From contig CM102286.1 of the NCBI GenBank assembly GCA_046563655.1, positions 5,766,001 to 5,830,000 on the forward strand: 64,000 nt of DNA, given 5' to 3'. This document shows, one piece after another, positions 39,121 through 53,300 of the stretch. Below the pieces are notes generated by a model, which saw only the letters and a program-made list of their open reading frames with translations, was not told the DNA's origin and did no database searches. Source of the DNA: Yuukianura sp. NJ FZ-2021 (Eukaryota). Position 1 is the stretch's first letter. Every line of letters begins with the position of its first letter. The position numbers were made by a program, and so were the translations under genes.

Positions 39121-40627
39121 AATATTTGTCCAGCGAGAATGTGTTCTAGATTCACTCCTAAACTGGTACAAGCAAAAGCGACCATTTTTTTTTCTCAATA
39201 AGAGGTGAAAGTAAAGCGCGCTTTGGCAAAAGTTAAAGAACTTCGTCAACATTCCCGAATTGGAGAAACGATCTACAGACTTTACTGTTAACAATTTGCC
39301 AAGCATATGCTCAGTCTGTAAATTCAGAATGCTACGAGATTCGAAATATAACGCAAGAAAATGGGACGTAGTGTGGACATTACGCACACTCATTCGCTAA
39401 TAACTTTAAAATTTGTAAACCTCCGTACGGTTTTGTTGAATCTAATGATAAAAACTACAATTATTTGTATTATACATAATTCATTTTATTCTGATAATTA
39501 AATTATATGTTACATGATATTACTGTGAATTTGATTCTTGATTGTTGAAATTCCAATTGCGGGGAAAAAGAATGTAATGGAATGCATGCAGAATGTTTGC
39601 TCTAGTCTTCCCGCCCTTTTATTTGAAATTTAAATTCGCTCCACTGGGAAACCGAAATGGCGCCAAGCACCACTTCTCATTTGAATTCAAACATCAAACA
39701 AAGAAAATGATGAAATTGAAGAATTGAACTGATGAGTTGAAAGAGTGATGAAGGCTGTTTGTTTTGTTTGCTTATAAAAAGTTAAGCGTGACATTCATCT
39801 TCTTCTCTCTGGTTCTGGAATTGGGTTAAATTGGGACGTGGGTTTCCAAAAGGCCGTTTCAGCGGAACAACAAAAGCTGATAATTCAACTAACTACAGTT
39901 AACAACTCATCTAAACTGCTACTAACGGTAGATAACCTTCGTCCCAATAGCTGCTCACGTAATTACAACATTCCATTATCTATCATCGTTTTGTCCATTG
40001 TCGTCAATATTATTCTCATTTTTTTTCCAATCTCCACCAGGAAGACGACTCTACCCTGCTACTCAGCCATCTACACGGTGTTGTAAAGTGCTGTTCCGCT
40101 GTAACGTACATGGTTCATGGTTCCGTTGTTAATTTAAATCAGGGTCGAAAGATCGAGGAAATAGCCTCATCATCCTTAAAGCCTGAAAGCCTTCTGAGAA
40201 TGCGGCAAGGATGATGATCTGCTCAATCTGAATCTCTCGTTTGTGGTGTGATCACATGGACGACTGAAGTTAGTCATTGAGTCGATAGTACATAGTTCAG
40301 TGGGGCTGGGTACACCACCACTACTAACATCATCATTCATCAGTCTGTCCATGGTGGTCGTCTACTATAGTCCACAGTTTATACTCACGTCACTAACGTG
40401 TCTCTTCTTTCGTAATTTACCCACACCCACCCAGTCAGTCAACTTTTAACCCACCAAACATATCCAACCGGGTTCGTTTTTTTGGCACTGTCGGAACAGG
40501 TGCCACTTGTTCTACCCACTTTCCTCCTCTCTCAATTCAAACGAGCTACATTCACTCACATTTCTTTTCATTCTTTTATTCTCTCACAGTTCTCGGTCAG
40601 TCAGTGGGTTCGAATCCAACCGACGGA

Positions 40628-41125
40628 ATGGACTACAACGCGGGTTTCTGCGGAAGTGACTGTGTCATTAGAAATGGAGCACGACTCAACGGATTCGCCA
40701 AAAACGGAGGATCACTGAAGACTTCAGCGGTCACCTCTACTCTTACTACTACTGTTCAAAATGGATATCGCCGTGATCTCAAAAATGGACATTCGTTTGG
40801 ATCGAATGGATACACCCTGGGCATTGGGGACGGACAACATGTCAAAGAAGGGAACGGAATCAAAAAACCCGAAATACCAGAACAACATCAGCCCAAGGTT
40901 CATATTCCAGCGGACAACTCAGAGTCATGTGATTCGTATTATAAAAATCAATATGGAAAAGCGATCCAAAGGCGACGGAGAGCCAATGTCACCGTCAAGG
41001 AGTCCTTTGAGCAGTGTTCACTTCTAGATGCTCTCTACACTTACATGTGTTATGCTTTCCTGGCGATGGTGGGATACGTCAATGACCTCATCCGACCCCG
41101 GGAATCAACCGAGAAATTCCGAGCG
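40628..41125 (+). CDS. lace: Serine palmitoyltransferase 2 first coding exon, duplicate copy with no downstream exons before the gap
   Basis: Protein identical to 55331-55828. The following intron is interrupted by an insertion at 41921 and the N gap. Confidence 0.8.
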
Positions 41126-41920
41126 GTAAGCATATTCAGTTTGACGTTACTAAATAATTCATAAATTAATTAATTAATTCTTTGTAATCCCGTGCTCCAG
41201 CTTAATTTAAGACTACAGAGAGGATATTAGGTTCATGTGTTTCGCAATTCCGTTGGACAGGTCCCCATGACACAACACGAAACTCAATACTCAAAGGGAA
41301 GCATCACCGGCCGAAGTATTCTTTTCTGTGCTAAGTTTCGGTATTGATTTATTGCGAACTGAATAATGAAGTGCGGACGTAAGAAATTATTTATTCGTTG
41401 AATTTTTAGTAGGAAGGTCACCCTACATGCAGTCGAAACCTCCCTTCCTTTCTATGCCGGAAACCGTTGGTTTTATTGCGTTTTATTTTACACAAAAGCC
41501 GCGTAATGGTCCGAGGCTTCTCCATGGGAAATCAGCGATTCTTCGAAGCGTGTCTTTTACGAACTAATCAGAATATAAGCCTGCAAAAAACTTTAACATC
41601 ATTTAGGCCGTGTTCTGTTAGTGTTGTCTGAAATCTGGAGCTCATGCTCAGCGTTCCACTTACCAGGAGTTCCATAAGATAAGATTCTTAGAACATGTAG
41701 CAAGCGGAAGTGGATTTGCAAAAGCAGTGGGACTGGGTTGACATATCGATATCACCTTTTAAGTCAAATCAAACGCTTTAATGCCAGCGATGTGTCGAGT
41801 GCGGTGATTCAACGGAAGGGAACATTAGCACCGCATTGCGTATGCGTTAGGCAGAGTTTTGGAATTTTTATCAAACAGAAATAGTTTCCTGTGACTGTCA
41901 CTCTTGAATGCAGAAAGGTG

Positions 41921-42294
41921 CACACTTGGGCAAGTCAGCCAATGCCAGACCCCTCCCTGGGGTGGGGCAGTGGGGGGGGGGGGGTGAAGAAAATCGAAAA
42001 TCGTTTTTTTTTTTTTGGAAAAAATGGCGGGCGCTGGTCGCAAAATCGCGCCGTGAGGCGCGAGAACTTTTGAATTTTTGGGACTAAAAATCGTGTGGGC
42101 GTTCCAAATTGAGCAAAATTAGTTAAAAATTGCGGCCTTAGGCGCGAGAAAATTTTTGATTGCAACACGCAAAAATTGTATCGGAAAATCCGAAAATTAC
42201 GAGAAATAGATTTTAATTGATTTGAACACCCAGAAAATTATTTTGGCATCCTCCAAGCTCTATTCGGGGTCCAAATGAGGAAGTGGAATCTGAA
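41921..42294. mobile_element. One end of an insertion (probable DNA transposon) in SPT intron 1, truncated by the assembly gap
   Basis: Homology with copy 2 stops abruptly after gcagaaaggtg. The new sequence starts CACACTTGGGC, contains long G runs and a repeated AGGCGCGAGAA motif. The other end is not visible. Confidence 0.6.
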
Positions 42295-42394
42295 NNNNNN
42301 NNNNNNNNNNNNNNNNNNNNNNNNNNNNNNNNNNNNNNNNNNNNNNNNNNNNNNNNNNNNNNNNNNNNNNNNNNNNNNNNNNNNNNNNNNNNNN
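42295..42394. other. Assembly gap (100 N, size probably nominal)
   Basis: Run of exactly 100 N. Confidence 1.
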
Positions 42395-44068
42395 AAAGTA
42401 CACGACGAGAAATGCAGAAAAATCTTCATGGCGAATCTCACCTTCACCATATAAGTTTCACTGAAGCCGTGTCTTGCATATCTTGTAAAATTTAATGCCT
42501 CTAGCCTGAAGCTAACTCGAATAAGGTAGTACAGTATAATTACCGGCAACGCCAGAAAAAAACGCTACAATGGAAATTACATGGTATAACAATGCCACGT
42601 AAAGAGAAACAGCATGGTAAGTGGAGGCACTCGGCAAACAAAGAAAAAATCAAAAAGCATCTCCAACTTGAAAACTTCAAAAACTTAGCATTCCGAGTGT
42701 ATAACTTCAAAAATTCAAGAGGGCAAATGGACAAAGTCTGTTCGGCAGATACTAACTTTAACTTTCATAAACATAAAAAAAAGTTGAAACATACTAGAAT
42801 GTAGCATATAGAATATAAGAAATTCTACAAAGTTTGTAGTTACATCACATAAGACTTCACCATCCTAAGTAAAAAAAAAATTAACACATGATTAGTGGTT
42901 GGAAATTTTAACAGCACAAATACTTGTACTTTGAAGCATCTCTACAAGATAAACTTTACCACAATCCACTTTTAAAAAAAAAAAAACAATAGCTGATGGA
43001 CAGTGGAGTAGCACGAGAAAACTGCATGAGCATGATGGACTAAATAGGAAATTGATAAACAAAATCACGCCTAACGTGGTAGGTAAAGTGCACACTAACA
43101 TTAAGTTAAAAAGTGGATTTTTACAAGCTTTGCGACACGACAAACAGTCATGACGAGACGATGACGTTTTGAACATTACATTGACACCTAAAACTTCGCT
43201 CTTTACAATTTAGCTTATAAAGATCAAAATCAAAACGTTAGGAAAACGTACCTCTTTCGCAAAAACACATTTCGAATTTCATTTGATGATGAAAACAAAG
43301 AAGTTAAAAAGTAAGACTTCGATGACCACAAATTAAATGCTAATCACTGAATGCAGTTACTGCTTATAACCACGTAAGACGTAACATTCCTGTCAGTAAC
43401 TAATGTCTTTCCCAAAGCTTTCACTTTCACTTCTTTATCTGACGAGTTTCTATGCCTTAAGTGCTGTCCAGAACACTTCCTGCCTCAGCTGGAGAAAGGA
43501 AACAACAAGCAAAACAACGACTTGCCTTTAGCTCCTCACTTTGTTTTGTTTGGAAATGTTGCAGTGAAAGCATTTCCACGTTTATCTTGAAACCCGACTG
43601 TAAACCTCGGAGAAACGCAAAAACAACACGCATTGGGTTCAAGAGGCGCTGTTTCTACTTTCTCCAGGGCAAAATTCGCAAGCTGAATTTGGGAAGTTGC
43701 TGTAAGTCTACTGGTTTCTAGGAGCATATTATACAACACTTCGTTCTAACAACGATATCATGTTGTTCGGCTGTTCGATCGATACAGAGGAAGTAGGCGT
43801 CGGAGTTCCCATTTTTCGACACTAGGTACACAGCAGGGCACTGGGCCTAGTAACTAACCAACTTTTTTCAGCTCCTGGCTTCTCTCCAGGAAATTCAGGC
43901 CACCAATGCCCTGCTTCGCTTAGAAAACAAAACCTCCGGCGCCTGCTCTAGCGCACCGAATAACCCCGACTTACATTTTCCCGCCTTAACTCCTCAATTC
44001 CATTTTAAGGAAATGTAGAACACTCAGGAAAATGAGGCAAGCTTGCACTGCTGTTGTTGTTTACTCAC

Positions 44069-47000
44069 CTTTGGGATGGAGTTTGTTGGGATCGAACCAA
44101 GCCTCTGTAACAAACAATGAAAATCCAATTAGTACATTCAAATAATTAACCACAAGAAATAGATTAAGGTTAGTTTAAGCCTGGGTTTAGACTTCGAAAT
44201 GTCATTGCGAGAAAATGTTTTACTTGGGCACAGAACTGATGAAAGACAAGGACTTGAGCTGCAGCATGCGGATTTTTTGGAAGTGTCGGCGTGAGTGACA
44301 ATTGTCGTTGAATCGCTGACCAAGTTAGTTGATGAGTCGATCTCCATTGTGTCTGATGAGAAGATGAGAATGGGAAACAAAATTACTTAAATGTGAATTA
44401 ACTATCTGTCAGTCTAAAACAGGTTAGTACTAATAAAATAAGTTATTTTGAACCAGTTTACGAACAAAGACGACAAGACGAAGACGAGCCTAGTTTTTAA
44501 AAGAAGAAAAATAAGGAAGGGCAATTGAGAACAAGAATACACAAGCTTTGTTTAAAAAAAGTTTCCTGGTACAAAATCACTTGACGACTAGACTGTTGGG
44601 CCAAATTCCACTTAGGAATCCAAAGGGAGCCCTCTTCCTTAAAACTGGACGTTGGACCTAACCTAACCGTTACCCTGACCTAACATAATCTATCAATACT
44701 CAAAGCATGCGTCACGCATTTGCCTCAACTGAAATTGAGTAGCAACAAGTATGTACAGTAATAAAAGTTTTACCAAGTTATGCTGACCGAGAGATGATGA
44801 AAAGGCACGTTCAATATTCAGGAAAGAATAGACTAGACTGAGCCGGCAAGAGACTGACCAAAGCCCAATGTGTCTGAATTGTAGTGTAAATTATTAGTTT
44901 TTGCTCTATCAGTAAGTTATAATAGCTTAGCGTTGTCGGTCAACTTTTAGTACAGCCGTAACGTTATAGACAAGGTGGATGTGTGGGGAGTTTGGGCTTA
45001 AAGCGTCTGACTCACTAACTCGCTTTATGTGAAACTTTTGCCATGTGAAATTTTCACGAGCCTTTCCCAATGTCATTTTCATTTGCGAGTTGCAGAGCTC
45101 CGCCACTTGCTAACCAAGTTATTAATTTAAAAATTATGCTATTCTCTCAATGCCAGTCAGTGTTGGTGGATATCCACTTTTTCGGCATTTCATCCACGGC
45201 TGGATATCCAGTGGAAGAAATGGACGAAATGGATAAATCCAAAGGGGCGGAGCTTTGCCCTCGGGATTTGAGTTAATTAAATTCAATAAGCTAAAACAAA
45301 TGAAAATACAGTAGAAAAACGAAGTAAACATCGCTTTTAAATAACTTTTAAGCAATTAATTAATTTTAACAGCGAAAGAAATGCTTTTTGATATCATTTT
45401 GTAATTTTAAATTTGATGTTTTTTGAATTTCGCGCTAAATCTTTGATTTCTTCCATCCACTAAAAGTTTCATCCATTTCGGGTGCATTTCTTCCAGTGGA
45501 TATCCAGTGGAAGTGGCAATTAAGCCACTGGACGTTTAAGCATCCACCAACACTGATGCCAGTAAGAAGTAAGTGGATTGGATTTGGAAAGGAAACCCAT
45601 CACCCAGCCAGCCAGCCATTATTTCTGGGAGTTCCTTAGTCTAGGTCATCTTCTCGCCGCCATCACAATTTAGGAATTTTTTTTACTTTCTACTTTTTGC
45701 TTTACGTCCAGAACCAAACTCGAAGCGAAAAACTTGAGTTTAGGAATTGATCAGCAAGTAACTATGTACTAAAAAATAGAACAAATTGTAAAATTCTTCT
45801 TTCAAAATTATTGAAATTCCTGTCTTAAAAATGGAGGAAGCGTTGGCATTGCATTGGGGTCATCGGTACTAGACTTACGATACAGAAATCTCGCTCAGCT
45901 AATGTTAAGTTGGCGAAAACGTGCGAAACTGCGGATCACAATCTTCACGTCTCCCCCAATCCCGATTCCGCAGCATTTCACTTGAAAGCTGCTACCCCCG
46001 ACTTTGGTCTGCGTTTAGTTTAACGTCAAAACCCTAATTCATGACATGTCGTGAATCCGCTCGCAATCTAACATATTTCCAGTTCGAATCTCGAATGTTA
46101 GATTAACTATTTTAATCGTTTAATGAAACAGGTAGATAATTTCTTAAATGGAATCGGATCTCGTGATTCGGATGGAAAGAACTCCATTGTACCATTTGTA
46201 CATACGTTAGCTTAAGACGTTGAAGTGTTTATCAAAGTTGTAGTATTGCATACTCGTAACAACCATCCACGAGACTCGTTATTCGTCAAGTTCGTGACCT
46301 GTCTTTGTTCAGAATGAAAAAATGTTCTTAACTTACCCGAAAAACTTGAAAAAAATATCTTCCTGCTGAGTTCTAATTGCTAAAAGTGAAATGACAATGA
46401 ATTGCTTTTCTTACGTGTAGTAAGAGGATGGAAATGTGATGATCCAAGTAAAACTTGTATTTGTTAATTTGGAATGATTTTCAGATTGATGAAGAATGAA
46501 CAAACAAAAATAGAAAACTAAAAAGAACCTGACTTTCTTCTTATAAAAAGGTGTAATTTTGTAAGTTTCAGAATAAGAATCTTTTGTGAGGATCTCTCTC
46601 TCTGACCTGCGTTGTTCCCATGCAATTTTCCCTCTCTTTGCCTGCTGTTGTTTTCAATGCCATGGCCAAAACAAAAATCTTACGTCCACCCTATTCCCCT
46701 GTTGCCACATTGACAGCTGTTGCAAACATGCAAATGTGGACACGCAAAATTGTAAACTGCAAATCGGCATACAATTCAAACTGCGTGGTTTTTGATTCTG
46801 GCGTGTTTAAAAATTTCGAATACCTGATTGTACGCAAAGTAGAAATAGCTACTATACTTAAAACACACTCATGTTAAGAGTAAATCCATTTAAAACAAAC
46901 TTCTAGCAAAGCATTGAGTTAATTAAGTTAGTTTTTGATTAGAAGATTTTTAAACATTTGATATGATACGGCAAATTTTAACTATTTCGCATATTAATCA

Positions 47001-50000
47001 ATAAATATTCAATATTAAAGACTCCTTCGTTTTGTGATAAAATGTGTGTAAAAGCTGTATTATACAAAGTTCGGAGGCGACAGCCTATTTGACCTGTGGC
47101 GCCTTGGGAAATGGTTCCAACTAGTAACCATGACCCATAGCCCTCTCTTTGTGTTAATAATTTGCCCTAAGTGCTGCATTGCCACTTGTCAGTTTTGCGT
47201 TTACAGGTTTGTTGTTAAACTGTAGTTCGACCTTGACTGACTTGGCAAGCGCTATCATATTTCATGATGAAGATGATGAATTAACCATGACCGCCGATTC
47301 TCAAACTTAACCCAACCTACAGGCTTGGTCAAGGGGAGGACGTCGTGATTTCTAATTTGACGTCATTTAACGTCGTTCTAATAACCGCAGCCGAAACATA
47401 ACAAACATTGTATATTTTCATATGAAGGAAAACAGCAATATTTTTGCAAACAAAAAGGAGTTCTGTCTCAACGTCATCCCATGATCCGTTAATCTCAGCA
47501 TGCGTCGCGTCAAGCACTCAGAACTTGAAACAACAAAAACAAACTTTTACGTATAAAGTCATGTCGTTCCGAGTAGAAATACAAACATTGCAAGCATTCT
47601 ACTGAATATTAGTTTTTCAGTTTTTTTAACACAGAAACATGTACACAAATCTTGTACATGTAAGCAATTCAATTCTAGGAAGGAAGCTTTAATGCTGCTG
47701 AAACGGGTTTTCGGTTTTCCAAAGAATAAACAAAAAAAAGTAAACATTTCGTAAGACAGATTTTTAGATTGTTGCTTCAATTTTCTATTGAACTCGCAAG
47801 GAAAATTAAGAGGAAACTCGTTTTGTATATGTAACGTACGTTGTAAGGTAAATAAAAAAGAAGATGATGAAGTAAAAAATGCCTCGACAATTTAGAGGAA
47901 AAAGCTGAAGAAATGATGCATAAAAGAACAGTAACGGCTAAATTTCACAATTTCAGTTTAAGTTTTACATAACTATTCAAATGTTTTCCAGAAAGTCCGA
48001 CAGGAAAATCGTGAGAAAAGTCCATTGTTGCAGCATAAATTATCATTCCAATGTTAGTCGAGTTTGTCATCTCAAAACTCTCTGTCACTCCGAAAAGTGC
48101 TAGCAACATTAAACTTTTGTTTAAGTTCTTGGCAGAAAAATAAGGTGCAATACTACATTGCAATTTCTACAAAAATTGAACTCAAAAGCGGATTTTTCAG
48201 ATCTACAGGTAGGCGTGTCAGCTTCATTTTCTAAATTTAAATTAAATTTTCTAACCATACCGAACAACTAAGAATAAAGAGATTTCCGCCTTGTCTCCCG
48301 TATTTGACATTTCGAAGTCTAAAACCCAAGAATACTGAAAATGTCACGAAAGAGGTAAAAGAAAATAAAAAGAGGCTTACTTGGGTTGAAGATGTTGAGG
48401 ATTTGCTGGGCTTCTTCGCTGATTAGAAGCTCATCTCCAGAATGAGCTTTACGAATGACCTTGGAAATTGGAGGAGGAGTTCCAGATTTGGCTTCCATTT
48501 TGCTGCCGGGAGTTTTTTGGGTAATCTCTGCTGGTGCTTGGTAAACCGGCGAAATGGTTTCAAAGGAGTCTTTGGGAAGAAACGGAATAAGTTCTTCTTC
48601 TTCTGCTTTCTTCTGAGCTTCAATCTTCTTCTCCAATTCTGACGCTGATGGCGGAGGTGTCGATCTCAGACCAATGGCGTCTCCAACTGCATATAAATCT
48701 CTTGGAGGAGGTTCAGGCGCAGGCGACGAAGTGATTTGCTGATGTGCTGCTGACGCTGCTGGAGGTGGAATACTTTCCAAGAGATTCATGCCAACTTCCT
48801 TAACTTCTTTGACCACCTTGGGTTCCTCCAGAGGATATCGATGTGGTGGTACTTTGGGAGGAATCACTGCAAAATCGTAGTCGTCAACCGCTTCTGGACT
48901 TTCGTTTTCATCAACGTCAACGTGCTCAAAAGGAGTCGTCGGCTGTTTGCTCGGAAATGCTCGGGATTCACTCGGTTCAACTTTGACAGCGGCCATGACT
49001 GGTTCATTCGAGGCTTGTCCAAAGTCATCTTCATAGTCGAATCCAAAATCATCTTTTTGCTTTGTATCTTGAGGAAGTGACTTGACTGGAACTTGGGGAT
49101 TTGGACTAATGGAGTCCTCAGATCTGTCAAATTCGTCAGCTCCGATGGAAGACGGATCGCGTTCTTGTAGAAAGCTGGTCAGTTCAGCATGCTTGGCTTC
49201 AAATTGACGCAAATGGTCGTCGTCAACTTTGTCTGTTGGTCTGGGTGATGATGGTTCGCTGGACTCGAGCTTGTATGGATCTACGAATTGGTCAAATCTC
49301 ATGTCATGATTGACGCCAGGAGTCATTGGGAAAGGAATACTTTCTTCTGGAACAAGCAGGGGTTCCTTGGTGTAAAAATTGTAAGGAGACGTTTTTCCCT
49401 CTTCCGTTTCATCTTTGGTTTCAAACATGTCAAAGTCCATGCCCTTGGATTTGTCAATTTCGGATGAAGTCATGCAGACGTCAGGAGTGAATTCAGTAAT
49501 GGCTTCCTCTTCCAGGAGATTAGTGTCGGCCGTATGAGGTTGAAGTTGTTTCGGTTGGTTGGGTGACAAATCGGATGATTCTGCGGATGTTGACATGGGT
49601 TCCACTGGATCCTTTGGAAGATACTCCTCCAGGTCATCCGGCTCCAGAACTTGACTATCCGTGGTACTCTTGTTCCCACCTCCAACTTCCTTGGACATGG
49701 AAGAGTCTCCACTGTCATAAAAATCTGGTGGCTCCAAGGTAGTTAACATTTCAAAAGCGGCTGAGTCATGGCGCGTTTCTGGTTTGATGTCAACAAACCC
49801 TGCTCCGAATTTGTCTGCACTTTCATTTGAAAATGAAGATCCAACTTGATGAGACTCTTGTTCTTGTGGCTTCGCTTCAAATTCAGACAAAAGAGGCTGA
49901 TCGTCAGTTTTGAAACTGTCGTGGCCATTTTTTCCATTAGTTGCTTCCTGGGGTGATGCTGCCGGAGGGGCAGAAGGAGCCGTGACTCCAAAGAGATCGT

Positions 50001-50388
50001 CATGCAGAGCCGATTTGTCCAATTCAACAAATGGACTTCGTGGTGGGCTGACTTGGTCAATCCGTGGAGACGTTGACGAAAATTCTTTGAAGTAGTCAAA
50101 GTCGTGGGCCAGATCGGACGAATTCCCGGTGGAAACGTGTGTGTCACCCTCGCCACCCTCAACCAAGTTGGTTCCTTGCTTCGGTTCGTTGGTCACTGAT
50201 GAAAATCCACCGAGAAATGATAAGTCATCAAGGAGGTTGCCAACATCTTTCCCTTGTTCAGTTCCGCTCGTTGACGTTAGGTCAGATTTTGGTGCCGACG
50301 TTGTTGGTTCGGTCTTTGCTGTGCCACTGCCAAATTCTTCTGGTTTGACTGATTGATGCGACTCCATTTCAAACTCTTTCAAATCCAT
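44069..50388 (-). CDS. Rtnl1: Duplicate reticulon N-terminal exons (50388-48381, 44347-44224, 44104-44069); no RHD exons in this copy
   Basis: 669-codon exon highly similar to 34782-32784, with intact splice sites. Confidence 0.8.
45158..45555. mobile_element. hAT-type MITE, 398 bp (copy 2, same locus)
   Basis: Same 14-bp TIRs and ATGCCAGT TSD as 28557-28954. Confidence 0.9.
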
Positions 50389-53300
50389 TGCTCACTTTGC
50401 TTCTTATTCTAAAAAAAAATCAAAAATACAAAAATCAAGTTTTGAATACTTTATTTCCACATAAGCATGCGGAAGACTTCTGTTTTTGAAATTTTCTTCG
50501 CCGGACAACGCAAAAAGTGTGAGCAGATTTGGATGTTTGTAAATTGGAATGATTTGGATTAACAAACTTTTTCATGTATTGGTATGACAATTTGAAAGTG
50601 GGGCAAATTTAAAAAAAAAACGAATTCATTTGGCGAATCTTGAAGTATGACAGCCTCTTCAAAGTTGTGTTAAAGTTCACAAGTTATGACGTTTCACAAA
50701 TCATGCTTCATAAATCTTAAACTCAATATTCATACATCTTAACACAAAGTTTCCAAAATTTGAAGCAATTTGGCTTAAGCATTACAGGAAGGAATTTTGA
50801 AAGATTTGTTTGAAACCCAGTTGGGTTTTTTAACTAGTAGCACTAAAAAATTTTAAAATTGAAGTGGAAATGCAAACATTTACCAGAAGTTGAGTGTTCC
50901 GTTTGCGTCTTCCTGGAATTCTCACCGAAGGCTCCGAAATTCCGACACTCTAAAAATAAATAACGAAGCGTCTTAAGAATTGCCGGTTCGACGTCTGGTT
51001 TTGACTTGAAACGTCTTCCGTTTGCCCAATAAAAAGTGTTTCCAATCTGACAGAACAGGGAGGAGTGACTGGCATTTACTTTGTATATTATAAATGGGAT
51101 ACGGTAGGCTGATTTTAGAGAAGCAAGCTGAAGCCAATCCAAGGCCTGGTTCATTGTAATTCATACGAATAGGACAACGTTCTCATCCCTTCAAAGATTA
51201 GCCAAAAGACATTACAGATTGTGTAGAAACTTTAGGTTTATTCATAGGACTTGCTACTATAGACTTTTGCCATTAAAGGCCTGGGAATTGCTATTTCCTT
51301 GTGGCTTTGGATTTTGAACCAATGAAGTTTTTTGCAACTTTAGGGAGACTCATCCTGTGAGTCACGATTAGTTTCGGCTCACAAATGGCGTCATAGAACT
51401 CTGACTGACAAGCTACAACACCTCATGATCATTATGCTAAAGTTTCTGTCAAACTGTAGATGTGATCGAAATACACAGTGTTTGAGTTTATTTCTGACTC
51501 ACCTATGTAATTAAGGTGGATGCATGCTATCTATAGTGCTTGGACTTTAGTGCTTGCATATCAATCATCAGTACTTCAAAAAACAAACTGGTTTTAAAAT
51601 GTCAACTATCTGTAACAGTCAATGTTATAATTTTTACAGAAAAAAAATTGCAACTTTCGAAACACAATTTTTCCGCATAAAGTTCTAGCAAAGTTGCCAC
51701 TATATACCGGTATTCTAAGTTCAGTTTTTTCGTGTCTGGAAGTTTTGAAATATGACTTAAGATAATTTTCTAAAAAAAAACATTTGGAGCGTAATTGGAA
51801 TGTTCAAATGTTACTGTTGATGAGGGTATGCCTAATTTGTTAGCCAAGGATTTGAACCATGTTTAGGAATTTGGCATCTCTGAAAAGTCCAGAGGAACAG
51901 TAGTAAATCAGTAGCTCGTTTGTTCTGACATGTTTGGAGACAACCCGCTGATGCTGCAGATGAATCTGCAACCTCGCAGCAAAAATATCCTGAGCAAAAA
52001 CTAACTTTGAAGCATCACGTTAGAAAAAGACATTGCAAAAATAAGCACAACAGACAGATGCATACAATATGTCCAATCCTAACGAAAATGACAAAAGTTG
52101 CATTACGTCTGTGTCTTTTGTTGTGAAAAAAAGAATTCAACGAACGAAGCATAAAAATGTCAGCAAGCAGCAGCAGGCTGAAATGGAATTTTGCAAAGTT
52201 TAGAAATTTTGGTTATTATTAGGATGTCATACACGCTATACTTGAAAAAAAAATTCAAGTTTCGAACTCGGCATGAAGTTTATGTGTTATGCATGAAAAG
52301 TTCAAGATGGAAGTCAATGATAGCATACATTGCCAGCAGTATAGCGGCCTCCATTGACCTTTAAACTCTGGCCTCCTTTGAAAACTTCCATTTGAAGCAT
52401 GAAACCGACATTTCTGTATTCCTTATGCGTGTGCGGCAGAAAAAAAAACCCAAAACAAGCTAATTTTTTGTACAACCCAAACATATTTTGAACTCACCTT
52501 TTCTAAAGCAGTTTTGATTGAAACGCGTGTACAAAATTTTGCTGGAGTGGTGACGAGTAGAGTTCAACTGTGTTACTTGCCAAAGTGTTTTGAAGTTTGA
52601 TTGTGTTCAGTCTCTTAGCCGACTCGAGCGGAAGTTTCCTGTTAGTTTGAATGGTTACTGAACAGCGTTTTGGATTGAGTTCGGTGGGTTTGCGGCGTAG
52701 GACTACGATCAGTTGTAAGCTTAATTTGTGAGTCAGCCTACGTCGGGGGGTTTCTAAGGTGGGTAAAACGTTGTTTGGTATGGTTGGGTTGAACTACTAA
52801 ATTATGACTGGGGAGAGAGGTAGACTATGATGGGAAAGGATGGTGAAAGTGCAGGAGAAAGTGGCTCAGCTTCCTTCGCATCTCGCCTTCACGCCGTCTC
52901 CACTTAACTCATACTAGCAAATCCACTACCGAAAATTATATACCGTAGGTTTCCAGATAACAGGCGTGAAACTGGGGTTTTTGTAGATATTGGGGGGTTT
53001 GCTGACCTTTGGAGAAGGGGTTGACCCGAGACACTAGAGATGCTTTTTTAGTGTTGTTAGATAAGAGCTTTCTTCAACGTCTCGAGGGAGATGGGTAATT
53101 CAATAGAGAGACAGCCAGAGCATTATTTGGAGCAGAGGTACTTTTTGGAAATTTACGGTAAGCGTATTGATTTTTACAATGGTCTCTACGGACCGTTGGC
53201 ATGCACCGGTTTATATTCCTAGCATATAGAAACAGCTTTCATACTTCTTTTTAATGACAACAACAGATGGATCTTCCCGTATAAATAAAATAAAATTATC

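Larger units (their letters stand above)
25851..41920. repeat. Copy 1 of a ~14-16 kb direct duplication (probable haplotype A)
   Basis: Colinear with 42395-56620, from aaagtacacgacgaga to gaatgcagaaaggtg, with SNPs, indels and two extra internal insertions. Confidence 0.95.

Noticed and set aside
48319..50388. Stand-alone novel 689-aa (and 677-aa) acidic protein
   Set aside because: Each ORF reads through a GTAAGC donor. They are the long N-terminal exon of the reticulon, and the hydrophobic tails are intronic.
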